DNA from: Candidatus Omnitrophota bacterium
GTDB taxonomy: Bacteria > Omnitrophota > Gorgyraeia > Gygaellales > Profunditerraquicolaceae
Length of the DNA stretch: 64,000 bases
Assembly: GCA_016208765.1 (NCBI GenBank)
Contig: JACQXK010000085.1
Location: 4,814-68,813, forward strand
Direction: 5' to 3'
Shown: positions 48,303 through 57,850 of the stretch, one piece after another
How the letters are laid out: the number at the start of each line of letters is the position of its first letter
Position numbering within the stretch: position 1 is the stretch's first letter
Translations under genes and position numbers: made by a program
Notes under the pieces: model-generated
What the model was told of the DNA's origin: nothing
Databases searched by the model: none
The model's input: the letters and a program-made list of their open reading frames with translations, nothing else

Positions 48303-48665
48303 ATGGCAAACAATTTTAAGTATTCAGGAAAAAGAATTACTTTAGCTCCTGCGGCACCTGTTGCAAGTGGTGCATTATGCAGAGTTAAAGGTTTTGTTGG
48401 CATTCCAATGACCAACAGAGTGGCTGGCGAGTCGGTTGCTTTTGCATTAGAAGGCGTGTGGGGAATGACTGTTGCAGTGCAAGGAGTAGTTCCTTCAATC
48501 GGTACTATTTTGTACTGGGATACAACTACAGGAGCATTGTCAATCGGTGCTGCTAATGATGATTATCCAGCAGTCAAGGTTGTTACAACTCCAAGTTCCT
48601 CAACCGGTGCATTTGATGGACTGCTCTTGCCGCAAGGAAGGCCTTACGGGCAGGAACAGAGCTAA
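48303..48665 (+). CDS. Small head protein (DUF2190-like decoration/stabilisation protein)
   Basis: 120 aa Gly/Val-rich, directly upstream of capsid gene. Confidence 0.4.
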   Translation: MANNFKYSGKRITLAPAAPVASGALCRVKGFVGIPMTNRVAGESVAFALEGVWGMTVAVQGVVPSIGTILYWDTTTGALSIGAANDDYPAVKVVTTPSSSTGAFDGLLLPQGRPYGQEQS

Positions 48666-48698
48666 AAAATTTTAGTTCAAATAATAGGAGGTTTTACA

Positions 48699-49688
48699 AT
48701 GCGTAAGAGTTTATTAGGGATGTATCACGATTTAAAGGAATCCGCAAGCACAAGCGATTTTCCTTATCTCTTGGGTAATACCATGTATAAGAAATTGCTT
48801 GGGCGCTTTAACGGGTTTCCGTCTCCTTGGAGACAATATACAATGCTCGGCGATCTGGCTGATTTCAAGGCTCACGACAGAATTATTTTGTCTGAGGCTC
48901 CTGATCTGGATGAGATTGAGGAGAATGGTAATTACAAAGAGGCAAAATTTTCAGATGCAAAATATTCCATTCAGGCAAAAACCTTCGGGAAAACTTTTTC
49001 CGTTGGCCGCACCGCGATAATCAATGACGACCTGCATGGAATTATGCAAATGCCTCAGATGTTTGGCCGCGCAACAGTAAGGACAATGGTTAAGAGGATT
49101 CTTGGTTTATTGTCCGGTAATGCGAATGCCTACGACGGCAGTGCAATTTTTGCTTTACGTACAGCAACGACTCGCAACTATACTGCGAATGTTTCTTTAG
49201 CGAATACAGCTGCCGGCATGGCCGCGATTTCTGCTTGTATGCAGAGAATTCGTTCTCAGGTAGAGCCAAGCTCAGGAGAGTTAATGGGATTAACCCCTAA
49301 GTATTTGTTAACTGGTACAACGCTTGCTCCAGTTGCACAGCAGTTAATCAAATCGGCACAGATATTGCCGGTGAGCACAAATGGTGGTGGTACTTACAAT
49401 GTCATCGGGACGCTTACTCCTATTGAGGATCCGTTAATTGACATTGTTTTAAGTTCTTCTTGGTGGGCTGTTTTAGCAGATCCACAGGATTGTCCGGTTA
49501 TTGAGGTAGGGTTCTTAAATGGCAAGGCTGAGCCCGATTTACTGGTTTCCAAGGCTGAAATGGTCAGCATGGCCGGTGGTTCTGAAGATCCTTATGGATA
49601 TGAGTTTGATGATATTCACTACAAAGTGCGTCACGATTGGGCAGCACAGTTAGGATATTATCAAGGTATCTGCAGGGGTAGTTCGTAA
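48699..49688 (+). CDS. Putative major capsid protein
   Basis: 329 aa, strong RBS aggagg, position in head module. Confidence 0.5.
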   Translation: MRKSLLGMYHDLKESASTSDFPYLLGNTMYKKLLGRFNGFPSPWRQYTMLGDLADFKAHDRIILSEAPDLDEIEENGNYKEAKFSDAKYSIQAKTFGKTFSVGRTAIINDDLHGIMQMPQMFGRATVRTMVKRILGLLSGNANAYDGSAIFALRTATTRNYTANVSLANTAAGMAAISACMQRIRSQVEPSSGELMGLTPKYLLTGTTLAPVAQQLIKSAQILPVSTNGGGTYNVIGTLTPIEDPLIDIVLSSSWWAVLADPQDCPVIEVGFLNGKAEPDLLVSKAEMVSMAGGSEDPYGYEFDDIHYKVRHDWAAQLGYYQGICRGSS

Positions 49689-49742
49689 TTTAACAAACCG
49701 ACATGGGGAGGGCTTTCGGGCCTTCCCCATTAAGGGGGATAT

Positions 49743-50120
49743 ATGGCATTTACATTTGACCCGACGACTAATTTAGGAAAAGTAAGATTTCTAATAGGTG
49801 ATATGACGGATTCCGGGCATGTTTTTGAGGACGCCACGATAAATGCGGCCATATCGTTTACATCAAGCGATTTATATGCAGCAGCAGCATTATGTCTTTA
49901 TAGTTTATCTGCATCAAAGGCATTACTTGCTAAGAGAAAAGCAGCGGGGAAGTATTCAGAAGATTTGACAGCGATAGCAAAGGAATGCAGGGAGACAGCA
50001 AAGGCTTACGAAGAGAAATCAAGAAGTATTCCATCAGAAGCACAGGCAGAGCAGTTCCTTACCGATTTTAATTATAACCAGATTTTACAAAATAAAGCAT
50101 TAAGAGATGAGTCCGATTAA
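49743..50120 (+). CDS. Head-tail connector (gp6-like) candidate
   Basis: MAFTFDPTTNLGKVRFLIGDMTD N-terminus reminiscent of head-tail adaptor proteins. Confidence 0.35.
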   Translation: MAFTFDPTTNLGKVRFLIGDMTDSGHVFEDATINAAISFTSSDLYAAAALCLYSLSASKALLAKRKAAGKYSEDLTAIAKECRETAKAYEEKSRSIPSEAQAEQFLTDFNYNQILQNKALRDESD

Positions 50121-50613
50121 ATGGAAGCAGCATTATTGGCATACAGTTTCTTGTGCGCGTGAGCGTATCAACGAGATTGTGCGTAGGGCCCAAGGCGCAA
50201 AGAACGTGCTTGATGCAGGATGCAATGAGGGGTTCTTATCTCAGGCCTTAAAGGAATCAGGATTAAAAGTTACCAGTATTGATATAGAAGATAAAGAGAT
50301 ATTAAAAGCAAAAGAAATATTTGGTATTGATGCAGTAAAGGCGGATATAAATAAGTTACCTTTTTCCGACGGAGAGTTTGACTTGGTTATAGGCGGGGAA
50401 GTGTTAGAGCATTTAGTTAATCCGGGGAAAGGATTATCTGAGTTGTTTAGGGTATCAAGTGACAGAGTAATAATATCGCTTCCTATTGGTGAATATTGGC
50501 TCGGGTGTTCTGAGCATTTGTGGCAAATAGATACTACGGTTATAGAGCATGATCAGGGAATAAAAGAAGAGCTGATTAAAAAAATACTTGTTATGGAGTT
50601 TAAGAAAAGATGA
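50107..50613 (+). CDS. Class I SAM-dependent methyltransferase
   Basis: Motif I VLDAGCNEG, motif II FDLVIGGEVLEHL. Confidence 0.7.
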   Translation: MSPIKWKQHYWHTVSCARERINEIVRRAQGAKNVLDAGCNEGFLSQALKESGLKVTSIDIEDKEILKAKEIFGIDAVKADINKLPFSDGEFDLVIGGEVLEHLVNPGKGLSELFRVSSDRVIISLPIGEYWLGCSEHLWQIDTTVIEHDQGIKEELIKKILVMEFKKR

Positions 50614-51521
50614 AGATAGCAATTTTATCTTGCGCACATACCGGTAATTTTGGAGATGACATTATTTTTGAGGGAGTGCTTAGAATATTATCAGCAATGT
50701 TTCCTAAGGGTGGAAAAGTTAGTCATTTCTTGAGAATTAACAAGGGAAATATTGACGAGATAAATAAGCACGATTTGCTGGTTATTGGCGGAGGAGAATT
50801 ATTATCTAATTCAGATATTCTTGAACAGATAACAAGCAATGAAATAAATATACCATATATGTTTTTGTGTGTAGGCATAGGAAGAGAAGAGGATATAAAA
50901 CCATATCTTCATAAGATTAAGCCGTTGTTTTGGTCTGTTAGGTCTTATGAAGGAGTGAATATTGTTAAAAGGCTTGGCATAGAAAACGTATGTTTTCAAG
51001 ATGATCCGATATTCTGGTGTTTGACTGATAAAAAAGAAAAAAATAATTCAATAGCTGTTTGCTTAAAAGCGATACATAAAAATAATGAGTGGATAAATGA
51101 ATTTGTAATAGAGTTAGATAAAATAATCTCAGACGGAGTTAAGGTTTCATTAGTAGCTTTAGGTAATAAAGAAAGGAATAAAATAAATTACTGTGGAGAG
51201 GAAATATTTATCTCAGATTGCAACGATTATACTTTGGCGCACCAGATAAATATATTACTTAAGAATAGCATCCCAGTTATTTGCTACAAAGATAATCCTA
51301 TTGAGTTTTTAAATATATTAGCTTCTTTTAAAGGGATTGTTTCTGAAAGGCTGCATGGGGCATTAGCAGCATATCATGCCGGGATTGATTTTAAGTCTAT
51401 TCCCTATCACAACAAAGTAAATAAATTTTTGAACACATATTCAATTCAAGATAAGGCCATTGGAGATAATCCTAAAGATATCTGTTACGCGATAAAAAGT
51501 TTATGGAGAGAGGCCCGCTGA
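50610..51521 (+). CDS. Polysaccharide pyruvyl-transferase-like protein
   Basis: N-terminal AHTGNFGDDIIFEGVL motif characteristic of PS_pyruv_trans (CsaB/WcaK) family. Confidence 0.45.
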   Translation: MKIAILSCAHTGNFGDDIIFEGVLRILSAMFPKGGKVSHFLRINKGNIDEINKHDLLVIGGGELLSNSDILEQITSNEINIPYMFLCVGIGREEDIKPYLHKIKPLFWSVRSYEGVNIVKRLGIENVCFQDDPIFWCLTDKKEKNNSIAVCLKAIHKNNEWINEFVIELDKIISDGVKVSLVALGNKERNKINYCGEEIFISDCNDYTLAHQINILLKNSIPVICYKDNPIEFLNILASFKGIVSERLHGALAAYHAGIDFKSIPYHNKVNKFLNTYSIQDKAIGDNPKDICYAIKSLWREAR

Positions 51522-51539
51522 GGCCCAGAAAGGAATAGT

Positions 51540-52541
51540 ATGAATATAATTCATGAATTGAATCAGTTGAATTATGGTGGAGTTGAAAAAGTGATTAGAA
51601 ATATTATTAAATACGACAAAGAGAATAATCATCAAATTGTGGCATATAAAGACGGCCCGTTTAAAAAAGAATTTGAGAAAATAGGCGCGAGAGTGGTGTT
51701 TCTACCAAAAGAAGGAACGGTTGATTTTGATGCAGATGTGATACATGTTCATTCGGGTGGCGGTATAAGCGAAATGGCGAAAATATTAGGCAGGAATTTT
51801 CCTGTTGTAGAGACAATTCATTCTCCTGTTCGTTCACCAATGACAAATGAATTTATATCGCAGAGAGTAGGTGTTACTGAGGCTGTTTGTCGGATGAATT
51901 CAAATTGCATTACGATTTATAACGGACTTGATTTGGATACATTAGAGCCGGATAGATATCCTGAGGATGTAAAAAAAGAACTTGGGATTCCTGATGGCGT
52001 TCCTATTGTGGGGAGGCTTGGACGTATAGGTAAAGATAAATGTTTAGAAGAGTGGATTTTAGCTTGTTACTATTTGCAACAGCAGGGTGTAAATTTTATT
52101 CCTTTAATCGTAGGCGGTGAAGCAGCAGGGCTTGACGGCTATGTCGGAAAATTGAAGCTGATGGCGGCATCACTGCCGGTTAAAGGAATTATTTGGGCCG
52201 GTCATCGCGCGGACGTGGCAAATTATTTACAGATAATGGATGTTTTTCTTTATCCTTCTCCGACTGAGGGCTTTGGGCTTGTTTTTGCCGAGGCAATGTA
52301 TTCCGGTTCGGTCGTGGTTACATATAAAAACGATATCTCAATGGAAGTTGCAGGCGGATATTCGGTGCTTACCGAGAAGAGTATTAAAGGTTTAGTTGAT
52401 GGAGTTAAGAAAGCTTTAGATATCAACATAAGAGACAATATTGTTCCAATGGCTCATGACTTTGTAGCAGAGATGTTTAACGCTGAGAGAATGACAAGTG
52501 AATATCAGGAAGTTTATAAGAGGGTAGTTAGATTAAGATGA
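51540..52541 (+). CDS. Glycosyltransferase family 4
   Basis: GGVEKV N-terminus; C-terminal PSPTEGFGLVFAEAMYSGSVVV (E-x7-E) motif. Confidence 0.7.
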   Translation: MNIIHELNQLNYGGVEKVIRNIIKYDKENNHQIVAYKDGPFKKEFEKIGARVVFLPKEGTVDFDADVIHVHSGGGISEMAKILGRNFPVVETIHSPVRSPMTNEFISQRVGVTEAVCRMNSNCITIYNGLDLDTLEPDRYPEDVKKELGIPDGVPIVGRLGRIGKDKCLEEWILACYYLQQQGVNFIPLIVGGEAAGLDGYVGKLKLMAASLPVKGIIWAGHRADVANYLQIMDVFLYPSPTEGFGLVFAEAMYSGSVVVTYKNDISMEVAGGYSVLTEKSIKGLVDGVKKALDINIRDNIVPMAHDFVAEMFNAERMTSEYQEVYKRVVRLR

Positions 52542-53128
52542 GTGAGTTTACAGATATCTTAACCGCGGTTGTAAATATAAAAAGATTTACTCCTTATCTT
52601 TTAGACAATATAAATGTGGCAGCGTCTTTGTCAGCAAATAGGCAACCTGAGAAATCCTGCCGGCTTGCATTGGAAATTGACGGATGCACGGTGTCAACTG
52701 GATTGGTTACAGTTTCAGGAAACACGATTGAGACTTTCTCATTTACAAACAATGGTTTTAAGGTAGGGATAAAAGATTTTACAAGTGTATCGTCAATTCT
52801 TGTCTCGGGGATATCTAATGGTTTTATTCAGGTTAAGGCAGTCAGTAAAACAGGACAACCGGTGAATCAGGAGAAAGATATTTATAATTCTCTTGCGGTA
52901 AGATTTGAAGCATTAGAGGGAAGTATAAGAATGATGGCTCCGGGCGAGCAGAAAAAAGCAGAATATAAAATGTATGCGGCGCCTGACAAAATTTTACAAG
53001 AGAATGATTTGGTTTATGCTGTTTCCGGGATAGTAGGAATTACTGTTGGTTTAATATCTTTTGTGGATACACTTATGGATTTTGATGGCGCAACAGATCA
53101 TATAGAGTGTGAAATAATGACGCCTTAG
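52538..53128 (+). CDS. Hypothetical protein inside glycosylation island
   Basis: ORF only. Confidence 0.4.
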   Translation: MSEFTDILTAVVNIKRFTPYLLDNINVAASLSANRQPEKSCRLALEIDGCTVSTGLVTVSGNTIETFSFTNNGFKVGIKDFTSVSSILVSGISNGFIQVKAVSKTGQPVNQEKDIYNSLAVRFEALEGSIRMMAPGEQKKAEYKMYAAPDKILQENDLVYAVSGIVGITVGLISFVDTLMDFDGATDHIECEIMTP

Positions 53129-53148
53129 AGGCGCAAAAAGGAGAGGGA

Positions 53149-55545
53149 ATGAAATATTCTATAATCATTGCAACACATAACGGATTAGAGCATACATCAA
53201 GATGTTTAACAAGCATATTTAATTGTTCAAAAGATTTTGAGCTTATTGTTGTTGATAATGGCTCAACCGACGGGACTAAAGGTTATTTGCAGGAATTAAA
53301 AGCGCGTAATGAAAATGTCAAAGTGATTTCTAATCCTGAAAATACTACTTTTTCAATCGCTAATAATCAGGGATTAAAGATAGCTGAAGGTGAGTATATT
53401 GTTTTTTTAAATAACGATACCGTGGTTTGTAATGAATGGCTTGAAAGATTGAATGCTCATTTACATAAAATTCCATTAAAGAATCTGGGTATTGTTGGGC
53501 CGGTAACAAATAACTCTAATGGTAAACAATGTGTTGGAACGCAGGATCCGGAAGTATGGCATCAAGAAAATAAGGGTAGATGGGCGCATGCAGGCAGGCT
53601 TTATGGATGGTGCATGATGATGCGTAAGAGTTTACTTGATGAAATTGGTGGTTTTGATGAAAGATTTATCAACTCTCATGAGGATAATGATTTATGCCTC
53701 AGGGCGCAGTTAGCCGGATATAAGCTTGCTATTGCCTACGATACTTATATACATCATACCGGTCAAGGGACACTAAGGAAAGTGTTTGATAATCAGGGGT
53801 ATTTGGATAATGGGTATAAGAATCGTGAGCTTTATTATGATAAATGGTATAGCGATAAATTGAAAAAATTAGTTGCAGTTTACAGGACAAATGGTGGGAA
53901 GTGGTTAGAAGAATCGTTAAGACAGACTTCTAAGTTTGCTGATTCAATATTGATACATTTTTGCCGCGCGCCACAAGATTTTGAGATGGATGTTACGTTT
54001 ACTGGAAACTTTGAAGGGAAAGGAAAATACTATCCTAAACGCGATGAATATATAAAACTTCTTAAACAAAAATTTCCTAAAGTAATCTGGACAGAATTCT
54101 ATGACGGTATCTTTCAGGAAGATTACGAACGTGGCCGGCTGTTAGAATTAGCCCTGGAAATGCATGCAAAAGGTGAGGCTGATTGGTGTATTTCTGTTGA
54201 TGATGATGAAATATACGAAGATAAATTTATAGAGAAGGTTCAGAAAATGATGTCACCGCGTAATCCTGAGATATTCGGTTATTGGTGTAACTGGCGTACG
54301 ATATGGGATAGGCGCGGAAAAGATGAGTATTATAGGACTGATTCCACCTTTGGTCAGTTTAGTAATTATCGGTTCTTTAAACTCATGAAGAATCAGGAGA
54401 TTAATTCTCATGGACACCCGGAAGGGCATCATTGTGGATCTGCTCCTCTTATGGCTGAGGAGAATTTGGCATGGTCAAACATTAGGGTAAAACACATGGG
54501 TTATGATACTCATGAGCAGAGGCAAAGAAAATATGAATTTTACGAGGCAAACGATCATTTTAAAGATGCGCGCGACATCGGTAATAAAGATTATTCTCAT
54601 TTGATAGATGTGAATGTTTCTCTTGAGAAATATCGTCAGGATAATGGCATCAGTTTAATCATGATGGTTAAAAATGAAGAAAAGCATATTTTAACATGTC
54701 TTGAGTCAGTTGCTCCGGTTATAGATGAGTTTGTGATTGTGGATACAGGATCAACAGACAAAACAGTTGAAATTGTGGAAAAATTCTCTAAATATTCTGC
54801 AGCGCCGGTTAAGATCTTTCATTCTCCTTGGGTTGATAATTATTCTATTCCAAGGAATTACGGAAAATTTCATGCTACAAAGCAGTGGATTTTAATGTTA
54901 GACGCTGATGAGAGGTTTAGTTATGAAGATTTAAGAAAAATTCATCAAATGAGCGAAACAGAAGCAGATGCAGTGATATTCCATGTAATTAATTATTTAA
55001 AAGCTCCCCTTTTTGGTCAAAAGCCGGTTTATGCTTCTACAGAATCGGTGAGGATGTATAGAAATAAGCCTGAGTTGTTTTATTCGGGGGTAATTCACGA
55101 AACAATTGATGATGCTATTTGCGCGATGACTAATAAGCAAGGATTAAAGGTGGCGCGTTCTCCGGTTGTATTACATCACTATGGATATCTTAAAGAGAAG
55201 AGAAAAGTTAACGATAAGCTTAATTATTACGAGATGCTCAACAACAAGCAAATTGAAGTAACAGAGGGAAAGGATCCGCGGCCGTATTTTAATCTTGCGC
55301 TGCATTATCTTAATGATGATAAAAAGCAGGAAGCCTTGAGGTGTTTCCAGAAAGCATTGGAGATAAATCCTAATTTTTGGCACGCAAATCAGCAAATGGC
55401 GGCGTTAAATATTCAAAGCGCCAAGGAATTTTTGACGAGAACAATTGATTCAATACCTGAACAGCATCCATTTAAGAAACAAGCGGTGACATTACTTGAG
55501 TATTTGAACAGCAATTCTTTTGGATATACAAAGGTGGGGGTTTAG
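53149..55545 (+). CDS. Tandem double GT2 glycosyltransferase with C-terminal TPR
   Basis: Two GT-A cores: IIIATHNG...VVDNGSTDGT...NNDT and LIMMVKNEE...VDTGSTDKT; C-terminal TPR-like NLALHYLNDDKKQEALRCFQKALEINPN. Confidence 0.7.
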   Translation: MKYSIIIATHNGLEHTSRCLTSIFNCSKDFELIVVDNGSTDGTKGYLQELKARNENVKVISNPENTTFSIANNQGLKIAEGEYIVFLNNDTVVCNEWLERLNAHLHKIPLKNLGIVGPVTNNSNGKQCVGTQDPEVWHQENKGRWAHAGRLYGWCMMMRKSLLDEIGGFDERFINSHEDNDLCLRAQLAGYKLAIAYDTYIHHTGQGTLRKVFDNQGYLDNGYKNRELYYDKWYSDKLKKLVAVYRTNGGKWLEESLRQTSKFADSILIHFCRAPQDFEMDVTFTGNFEGKGKYYPKRDEYIKLLKQKFPKVIWTEFYDGIFQEDYERGRLLELALEMHAKGEADWCISVDDDEIYEDKFIEKVQKMMSPRNPEIFGYWCNWRTIWDRRGKDEYYRTDSTFGQFSNYRFFKLMKNQEINSHGHPEGHHCGSAPLMAEENLAWSNIRVKHMGYDTHEQRQRKYEFYEANDHFKDARDIGNKDYSHLIDVNVSLEKYRQDNGISLIMMVKNEEKHILTCLESVAPVIDEFVIVDTGSTDKTVEIVEKFSKYSAAPVKIFHSPWVDNYSIPRNYGKFHATKQWILMLDADERFSYEDLRKIHQMSETEADAVIFHVINYLKAPLFGQKPVYASTESVRMYRNKPELFYSGVIHETIDDAICAMTNKQGLKVARSPVVLHHYGYLKEKRKVNDKLNYYEMLNNKQIEVTEGKDPRPYFNLALHYLNDDKKQEALRCFQKALEINPNFWHANQQMAALNIQSAKEFLTRTIDSIPEQHPFKKQAVTLLEYLNSNSFGYTKVGV

Positions 55546-55547
55546 AC

Positions 55548-56045
55548 ATGCCGGTATTTGGTGGTGAAGCAGTTGCTAAAAACATTAAATCCTTTGGCGG
55601 TGGATTTCTTAAGCATGTCAATAAGACTATGGAAATAGTGAGAGAAAGGCTTGATGATCGCGTTACTCGGAATATGAGTTTAAGGGATCACAATCTTCCA
55701 TACTTACGTAAGATTGGGCATCCTTATGCCGCAAGACATGGCGGTCAAGGTATGTCAATACACGATCCTTATTGGCTTGTGCATACGCAGGGTGGGAGAT
55801 TGTTAGCAAGTAAATCAAGCGGGGTTATTGAGGCGAGTGTTACAGGATCAACGCTTAAGGCAGGGGCGTTTGTTAAGTTAGACGAGAGTCAAGCTAAGTA
55901 TGCGTTGTATCTTATATACGGCACAAGCAAGATGATTCCGAGGGATTTTATGACAGGAAGCCTAATGCAGGAAAAGAATAAATTACAGGATTATTTGCAG
56001 CAGAATTTAAAAGACATGGTATTTAACTTTAAGCCGGTGGCATAA
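55548..56045 (+). CDS. Head-tail joining/head completion protein candidate
   Basis: Position between head and tail genes. Confidence 0.3.
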   Translation: MPVFGGEAVAKNIKSFGGGFLKHVNKTMEIVRERLDDRVTRNMSLRDHNLPYLRKIGHPYAARHGGQGMSIHDPYWLVHTQGGRLLASKSSGVIEASVTGSTLKAGAFVKLDESQAKYALYLIYGTSKMIPRDFMTGSLMQEKNKLQDYLQQNLKDMVFNFKPVA

Positions 56046-56046
56046 A

Positions 56047-56460
56047 ATGGTTGAAGCTAAGGTATTTGAGAAGATTAGGCAGATATTAATAAATGATAAC
56101 ACGGTCGCAGGGTATGTGTCAGATAGGGTTTATACAGAGCATATAAGCTCAATCACGGATCCTGTGTATCCGGCAATATCATTACATCTTTTGCCCGGGA
56201 AAGCTAAGATAAATGTACCTACAATGGTGGAGATGGTTTTTCAGATAGACTTATGGTTTCCTTCCGGACAATGGACAGCTGATGATGTTTATGCTTGCTA
56301 TGGAAGAATAAGGACGTTATTGCATAGAGAAAATACTAAAGATACATCCATAGGAGTGACGATTATGAATATTTCTGAGGCGGGTGTTGGCCCAATGATG
56401 TATGACGAAGCAGTTGCCGGGTATCATTTACCAGTAAGATACAACGTGGTGGCGATATGA
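56047..56460 (+). CDS. Tail completion protein candidate
   Basis: Position. Confidence 0.3.
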   Translation: MVEAKVFEKIRQILINDNTVAGYVSDRVYTEHISSITDPVYPAISLHLLPGKAKINVPTMVEMVFQIDLWFPSGQWTADDVYACYGRIRTLLHRENTKDTSIGVTIMNISEAGVGPMMYDEAVAGYHLPVRYNVVAI

Positions 56461-56660
56461 CAGAGAAATGGATTTGCATAGCTTGTAAGTTTACGCTTGG
56501 TTTTATTGAAGATAAGAAGGTTATTAGGATTAAGCGTAAGGATTTATATGTTGAGACAGAAGGTGGAAAAGTCACAGAGATTTGTCCGCGATGTGGTAAA
56601 CCGAATACATTGACGGATGAAAAATACATAGAGAAAGGGGGTGAAAAATATGGCTTATAA
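56457..56660 (+). CDS. Small zinc-ribbon protein
   Basis: CIACKF...CPRCGKPN. Confidence 0.35.
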   Translation: MTEKWICIACKFTLGFIEDKKVIRIKRKDLYVETEGGKVTEICPRCGKPNTLTDEKYIEKGGEKYGL

Positions 56661-57201
56661 CGTACCTACGTATGATACGACAAGATTCTCATTTGGTCCC
56701 GGTGTGCTTTACATGGGCGCTCCTGGAACAACGCCATTGATTGAGGTTGGCGCGGTTAAGGGTAATCCTGAGTTTTCGATTGAAAGGACACTTTTGGAAG
56801 TGTTTCAGGGCAGCCCTAAATCTAAAGTAGCGCAGTATGCTACAAAAGAAGTAGCTATTTTGAAAGTATCCGGAATTGAATGGAATTTTGACAATCTTGC
56901 TTATGCCTTAGGTGCTGGCGTTACAGGCATAAATGGAACAGTTGAGACGTTTGAGTTTGGCGGCGATATGTCAGTTACTAATAGGGCATTGAGGTTTGTG
57001 CATCGGACTCCGGATGGTTCAACTATCGATCTGCATTTGTTTAAGGCAGAAGGATCGGGCAAAATAGCCGTTGCTTTCAATGAAGAGGATACGCATGAGT
57101 TTCCTTTTGAATTTCATACATTGGAGGGGACGACTGATTTTGCGGGTTCAGCTTTGGCGGCAAATAAGAAACATTTTAAAATCATTAGAACAAAAGCTTA
57201 A
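56650..57201 (+). CDS. Major tail (tube) protein
   Basis: About 184 aa, strong RBS agggggtg, immediately upstream of chaperone pair and tape measure. Confidence 0.55.
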   Translation: MAYNVPTYDTTRFSFGPGVLYMGAPGTTPLIEVGAVKGNPEFSIERTLLEVFQGSPKSKVAQYATKEVAILKVSGIEWNFDNLAYALGAGVTGINGTVETFEFGGDMSVTNRALRFVHRTPDGSTIDLHLFKAEGSGKIAVAFNEEDTHEFPFEFHTLEGTTDFAGSALAANKKHFKIIRTKA

Positions 57202-57221
57202 TAATAAGCGGAGGCATACAG

Positions 57222-57554
57222 ATGTCCGAACTTTTATACCCAGAAGCAAAGAAAATTAAAATAGCAGATAGGGAATTTGAAGTTAAGAAATTACCGTTTA
57301 AAAAGTTGATGAAAGCATTTTCTTACCTTAAGAAGATAAGATTGGATAAAGAAGGTAAGATTGTCTTTGATGCTCCAGAAGATTTTGAGAATAACTCCGA
57401 TAATTTGATAGATGCTTTAGCCGTGATATTAGATGTTGATAAGACATGGCTTGAGAATAATTTAGACTTATCAGATATCAATCCGGTTATGAATGCTATA
57501 AACGAGGTGATTATTCTCCCTTTCGGAAAGGCGCAGCAGGTGGCGCAAAAGTAA
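57222..57554 (+). CDS. Tail assembly chaperone (G-like)
   Basis: Acidic about 110 aa ORF between tail tube and tape-measure genes. Confidence 0.55.
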   Translation: MSELLYPEAKKIKIADREFEVKKLPFKKLMKAFSYLKKIRLDKEGKIVFDAPEDFENNSDNLIDALAVILDVDKTWLENNLDLSDINPVMNAINEVIILPFGKAQQVAQK

Positions 57555-57850
57555 GCCCTGCGGAAGCCATAGCGTTTTTGTGTTACAAGACTGGCTGGGA
57601 TAAGGATTATGTTGGGGATAATTTGACAATTGAACAAATTGTATTTTTCTATGAGGAATTCAGGAGAGAAGAATTAAGGCAGTTAAAAATGCAAGTTATC
57701 GGTAATCTTCATGCTATGTCTGCGGCATTAACCGGAGATAAAGACGGAAGGTTTAAGAAGTTTTTAAATATGTTAGAAGATACTCCGAAAAACATAAACA
57801 CAACCATAGATGAAATGAAGAAATCAGGATTACCAATAGAGGATAAGTAA
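57518..57850 (+). CDS. Tail assembly chaperone -1 frameshift extension (GT-like); candidate slippery site CCCTTTC at 57518-57524
   Basis: -1 frame is open from 57461 to 57850, overlapping the 3' end of the upstream ORF; X XXY YYZ heptamer in the zero frame. Confidence 0.45.
   Translation, partial: PFRKGAAGGAKVSPAEAIAFLCYKTGWDKDYVGDNLTIEQIVFFYEEFRREELRQLKMQVIGNLHAMSAALTGDKDGRFKKFLNMLEDTPKNINTTIDEMKKSGLPIEDK

Noticed and set aside
57071-57259. 62-aa ORF spanning the tail tube/chaperone junction
   Set aside because: It overlaps the 3' end of the tail tube gene in another frame with no RBS.
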